Shown piece by piece: positions 29,008 to 32,000 of a DNA stretch of 32,000 bases. Source of the DNA: Enterobacteriaceae endosymbiont of Donacia provostii (GTDB taxonomy: Bacteria > Pseudomonadota > Gammaproteobacteria > Enterobacterales > Enterobacteriaceae); contig NZ_CP046206.1 of assembly GCF_012570145.1 (NCBI RefSeq), forward strand, positions 361,794 through 393,793, read 5' to 3'. Position 1 is the first letter of the stretch. Each line of letters opens with the position of its first letter. Made by a program: the position numbers and the translations under genes. The notes beneath the pieces are model-generated. The model ran no database searches, was not told the DNA's origin, and saw only the letters and a program-made list of their open reading frames with translations.

Positions 29008-30819
29008 ATGAAAAAAACACGTAATATAGCTATTGTAGCACATATAGATCATGGAAAAACAACATTAATAGATCAATTATTAAAAGAATCTGATAATTTT
29101 AAAAATATTAAAAATTTATTAAAAAATAAAAATAATAATAGATTAATGGATTCTAATGAATTAGAAAAAGAAAAAGGTATAACAATTTTTTCAAAAAATA
29201 CATCTGTATTTTGGAAAGGTTATAAAATTAATATTATTGATACTCCAGGACATGCAGATTTTAGTACGGAAGTAGAACGTGTTTTATCTATGGTAGATTC
29301 TGTATTATTGTTAGTAGATGCTATTGAAGGACCCATGCCTCAAACAAGATTTGTTACATCAAAAGCTTTTCTATATAAATTTAAACCTATTGTTATAGTA
29401 AATAAAGTAGATAGAAAATTTCTAAGAACAAAATGGGTTATTAATAAAATATTTGATTTATTTATAGATTTAAATGCTTCAGATGATCAAATTAATTTCC
29501 CAATAATATATACTTCAGCTTTAAAAGGCATGTCAGGATATGATATAAATAAAATGCATAATAATATGAATATTATATATAAAACTATTATTGATTATGT
29601 TCCATATCCTAAATGTCAAATTAAAAAACCATTTCAAATGCAAATATCTCAAATAGAATTTAATAATTATATTGGTAATATTTGTATTGGATTAATAAAA
29701 AGAGGAAATGTTGTTATTAATCAAACTTTAATATTTAAAGATAAAAATAATAAAATAAATAAAATTAAAGTTTTATATATAATATTTAATATAGGATTAA
29801 AAAATATTTATACTGATAATGCTAAAGCTGGTGATATTGTAGGTATTGCAGGAATAGGATTTGAAAAAATTAATATTTTTGATACAATTTGTGCAATAAA
29901 TTATTATAAATCTCTTCCAAAATTAAATATAGAAAAACCAAAAATTAGTATGTTATTTCAAGTTAATAATTCTCCATTTGCAGGATTAGAAGGAAAAAAT
30001 TTAACGTCTAATAAAATTTTTAATAAAATTAATAAAGTTTGTTTATATGATGTAGCTCTAAAAATAGAACATACAAAAAATAGTAATATTTTTATAGTTT
30101 CTGGAAAAGGAGAATTACATCTAGCTATGTTAATAGAAAATATGAGAAAAGAGGGATTTGAATTATTAATATCAAAACCACAAATCATATCTAGAATAAT
30201 CAACGGAAAAAAAACAGAACCATTTGAAATATTAATTTTAGATTTTATACAAAATAAAAAAGGCCAAATAATTCAACTATTAAATAAAAAAAAAGCTATA
30301 ATAAATAATATTATTTTAAAAAATAATAATAAAATTGAAATTGAAGCTTTAATTTCAAGTAAAGGATTAATTGGTTTTCATAATGAATTTATAAATATAA
30401 CATCAGGTAATGGTATAATGAATTCTTTCTTTAGTCATTATGATATAAATAAATTTGATATAATAGAGAAAAGAAATAATGGTGTATTAATTTCAAATAA
30501 AGAAGGTTATGCTGTTGCATTTGCATTATATAATTTACAATCAAAAGGAAAATTACTAATTTCTCCAGGAGAAAAAATTTATAAAGGACAAATAATAGGA
30601 ATTAATAATAAATCAAATAATCTTATCGTTAATTGTTTAATTAGTAAAAAATTAACTAATATAAGATCATCAGGTAGGGATAAACATATCAGTTTAGTTC
30701 CTATAAAAAAAATGTCTGTTGAAACAGCAATAGATTTTATTCAAAAGGATGAATTAATAGAAATTACACCTAAATCCATCCGTATTAGAAAGAAAAATTT
30801 AACAAAATTTTTTACTTAA
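29008..30819 (+). CDS. typA: ribosome-associated translational GTPase TypA/BipA
   Basis: 603 aa with G-motifs [18 protein letters not shown] and NKVD. It is colinear throughout with E. coli BipA ([35 protein letters not shown]). Confidence 0.96.
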   Translation: MKKTRNIAIVAHIDHGKTTLIDQLLKESDNFKNIKNLLKNKNNNRLMDSNELEKEKGITIFSKNTSVFWKGYKINIIDTPGHADFSTEVERVLSMVDSVLLLVDAIEGPMPQTRFVTSKAFLYKFKPIVIVNKVDRKFLRTKWVINKIFDLFIDLNASDDQINFPIIYTSALKGMSGYDINKMHNNMNIIYKTIIDYVPYPKCQIKKPFQMQISQIEFNNYIGNICIGLIKRGNVVINQTLIFKDKNNKINKIKVLYIIFNIGLKNIYTDNAKAGDIVGIAGIGFEKINIFDTICAINYYKSLPKLNIEKPKISMLFQVNNSPFAGLEGKNLTSNKIFNKINKVCLYDVALKIEHTKNSNIFIVSGKGELHLAMLIENMRKEGFELLISKPQIISRIINGKKTEPFEILILDFIQNKKGQIIQLLNKKKAIINNIILKNNNKIEIEALISSKGLIGFHNEFINITSGNGIMNSFFSHYDINKFDIIEKRNNGVLISNKEGYAVAFALYNLQSKGKLLISPGEKIYKGQIIGINNKSNNLIVNCLISKKLTNIRSSGRDKHISLVPIKKMSVETAIDFIQKDELIEITPKSIRIRKKNLTKFFT

Positions 30820-30830
30820 TTAAATTATAA

Positions 30831-31182
30831 TGGAGCTGGGGGGATTCGAACCCCCGTCCAAAATTATTACACTCTTAGCAACTACATGTTTAGTTTTATC
30901 TAAAATTTTAATAATATAAACTGATAAAACAAAGTTTACTATTATCTAGTCTTATTACTTTAATATATAATTTTAGACAAATTATATACGATCTCTTTTA
31001 TTTATGACTGTTTACTTTTTATTAAAGAGAAAATAATAAGAAACAGAACTTTAAACAGTTTTTTATGCTGCTAAAGCGTAGCTTTGATTTTCTGCAATTA
31101 TCTTTAACGGTTTTTTTACAAGGCCTACCGTACCTTGACATGCTCTTTAAGTTTTATAATTTTGTCAAATCCAATCAGCCCC
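30831..31182 (-). ncRNA. ssrA: tmRNA (SsrA), 352 nt, tag reading frame encoding AENQSYALAA
   Basis: On the minus strand the 5' end is GGGGCTGATTGGATTTGAC. The 3' end is GGACGGGGGTTCGAATCCCCCCAGCTCCA, a tRNA-Ala-like T arm and acceptor with the G3-U70 pair. A PK1-like motif CAAGG-TACGGT-AGG-CCTTG-TAAAAAAACCGT is present. The tag ORF GCA GAA AAT CAA AGC TAC GCT TTA GCA GCA TAA lies at 31095-31063. The gene is directly downstream of smpB. Confidence 0.92.
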
Positions 31183-31640
31183 TAAATATTTTTTTTTAAT
31201 AAACGTATTTTTTTAATATTCCATATTTTCTTTTTTAAAAGATTTCTTTTATCATATTTTTTTTTACCTTTAACAACTGCAATGTTTGCTTTACACAACG
31301 ATTTTTTCCAAAACAAACCAATAACAACAATTGTAAAACCTTGAGAATTTATATAATTTTGTAACAAATTTATCTCTTTTTTTTTTAACAACAATTGTTT
31401 AATTCTCTTTGAATTAAAATTAATATGACTACATACCGTTTTTAACGGATTGATATCAAAATTATATAAATAAATTTTTTTATTTATAATAGTTATATAA
31501 CTATTTATAATAGTTCCTTTATTAAATCTTAAAGATTTTACTTCCCATCCTTTTAAAATTAGTCCAGCATCAAATCTTTCTTTGATAAAGAAATTATTAT
31601 ATACTTTTTTATTAAAAATAAAAAATTTTTTTTCTATCAT
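31182..31640 (-). CDS. smpB: SsrA-binding protein SmpB
   Basis: 152 aa. FDAGLILKGWEVKSLR, RIKQLLLKKKEI, GFTIVVIGLFWKK and VVKGKKKYDKR align with E. coli SmpB. Confidence 0.94.
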   Translation of the reverse strand: MIEKKFFIFNKKVYNNFFIKERFDAGLILKGWEVKSLRFNKGTIINSYITIINKKIYLYNFDINPLKTVCSHINFNSKRIKQLLLKKKEINLLQNYINSQGFTIVVIGLFWKKSLCKANIAVVKGKKKYDKRNLLKKKIWNIKKIRLLKKNI

Positions 31641-31814
31641 AAAAATTTTATTATTTAAATATCTAATATTATATATTATATTTTTATAATATACAATATA
31701 TAAAAATAATTTAAAAAAAATAAATATATTAAAAAAATTTTTTTTATATAAAAAAATTATTATTTTTTACAAATAAATTTTACAAATAAAAAAATAATTA
31801 AATAAGGATAAAAA

Positions 31815-32000
31815 ATGAAAAATAATATAAGAACAGATAACGAAAACAATACAATTAATCAAAAAGAAACAGATAACGAAAACAATACAATTGATCAAAA
31901 AGAAACAGATAACGAAAACAATACAATTGATCAAAAAGAAACAGATAACGAAAACAATACAATTGATCAAAAAGAAACAGATAACGAAAACAATACAATT
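31815..32000 (+). CDS. hypothetical tandem-repeat protein, 5' part only (open to window end)
   Basis: The ATG at 31815 is preceded by AAGGA (31804-31808) at a 6-nt spacing. The frame is open to position 32000 and reads MKNNIR, then TDNENNTINQKE, then TDNENNTIDQKE three times, then TDNENNTI... It is not in the supplied ORF track, presumably because it has no stop in the window. Coding status is inferred only. Confidence 0.5.
   Translation, partial: MKNNIRTDNENNTINQKETDNENNTIDQKETDNENNTIDQKETDNENNTIDQKETDNENNTI
31833..32000. repeat. 36-bp direct tandem repeat, at least 4.7 copies, continuing past the window edge
   Basis: Units start at 31833, 31869, 31905, 31941 and 31977. Units 2-4 are identical (ACAGATAACGAAAACAATACAATTGATCAAAAAGAA). 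Unit 1 differs at one base (A at 31857 against G at 31893, 31929 and 31965). There are no spacers between units. Confidence 0.97.

Noticed and set aside
8557-30203. Small track ORFs at 8557-8787, 9582-9806, 20883-21101, 22531-22713, 23191-23445, 24028-24216, 25846-26061 and 29958-30203.
   Set aside because: Each lies wholly or largely inside a long, clearly homologous gene (nuoG, parC, aroF, tyrA, bamD or typA), either antisense or out of frame. All have low-complexity hydrophobic products and are shadow ORFs.
31766-31790. Direct duplication TTTACAAATAAA-T-TTTACAAATAAA upstream of the repeat ORF; TTTACA resembles a -35 hexamer.
   Set aside because: No properly spaced -10 element could be paired with either copy, and short A/T-rich duplications are common here. 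This is not enough to call a promoter.
31767-31970. Track ORF on the minus strand (67 aa, repeats of LINCIVFVICFF).
   Set aside because: It is the antisense reading of the 36-bp tandem array. It has no recognisable ribosome-binding site and an implausible Cys/Phe-rich repetitive product. The plus strand offers an ATG with an AAGGA site just before the first repeat and stays open to the window end. I cannot fully exclude it without expression data.
31833-32000. Possible CRISPR array, given the regular 36-bp repeats.
   Set aside because: The units are directly adjacent with no spacers, the period is exactly 12 codons in an open frame, and there are no cas genes. This is a coding or minisatellite-type tandem repeat.

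Overview
This window is about 32 kb of extremely A+T-rich (by eye over 80%), tightly packed sequence. Gene content and local order match a highly reduced Enterobacterales-type gammaproteobacterium, most likely an obligate insect endosymbiont; I cannot name the organism from sequence alone.

Content from left to right:
- tRNA-Ser(GGA) and a DedA/YohD-like membrane protein on the plus strand.
- A 16-gene minus-strand block: thrA-thrB-thrC followed directly by the complete NADH:quinone oxidoreductase operon nuoA-N, with nuoC and nuoD fused. parC lies upstream of it on the same strand.
- A plus-strand block whose order mirrors two E. coli neighbourhoods with genes deleted out of them. The first is aroF-tyrA, then bamD (minus strand) and rluD. 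The second is dsbA, a polA reduced to its 5' nuclease domain, and typA/bipA.
- smpB-ssrA (tmRNA) on the minus strand.
- The start of a tandem-repeat ORF that runs off the right edge.

I found no rRNA, CRISPR array, transposase, integrase or phage gene. The standard code applies, since TGA acts as a stop. I saw no multi-gene novel system.

Points worth a second look:
1. A near-perfect 36-bp (12-codon) tandem array opens an ORF absent from the supplied ORF track, at 31815 to the window end.
2. tyrA keeps a well-conserved chorismate mutase half, but its dehydrogenase half has lost the GxGxxG loop and the catalytic His.
3. rluD is split by a 1-nt deficit in a poly(A) tract.
4. There are deletion scars where pheA/raiA and the polA polymerase half would be expected.
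5. The smpB stop codon overlaps the first base of tmRNA.
6. Long perfect palindromes recur on or next to stop codons.
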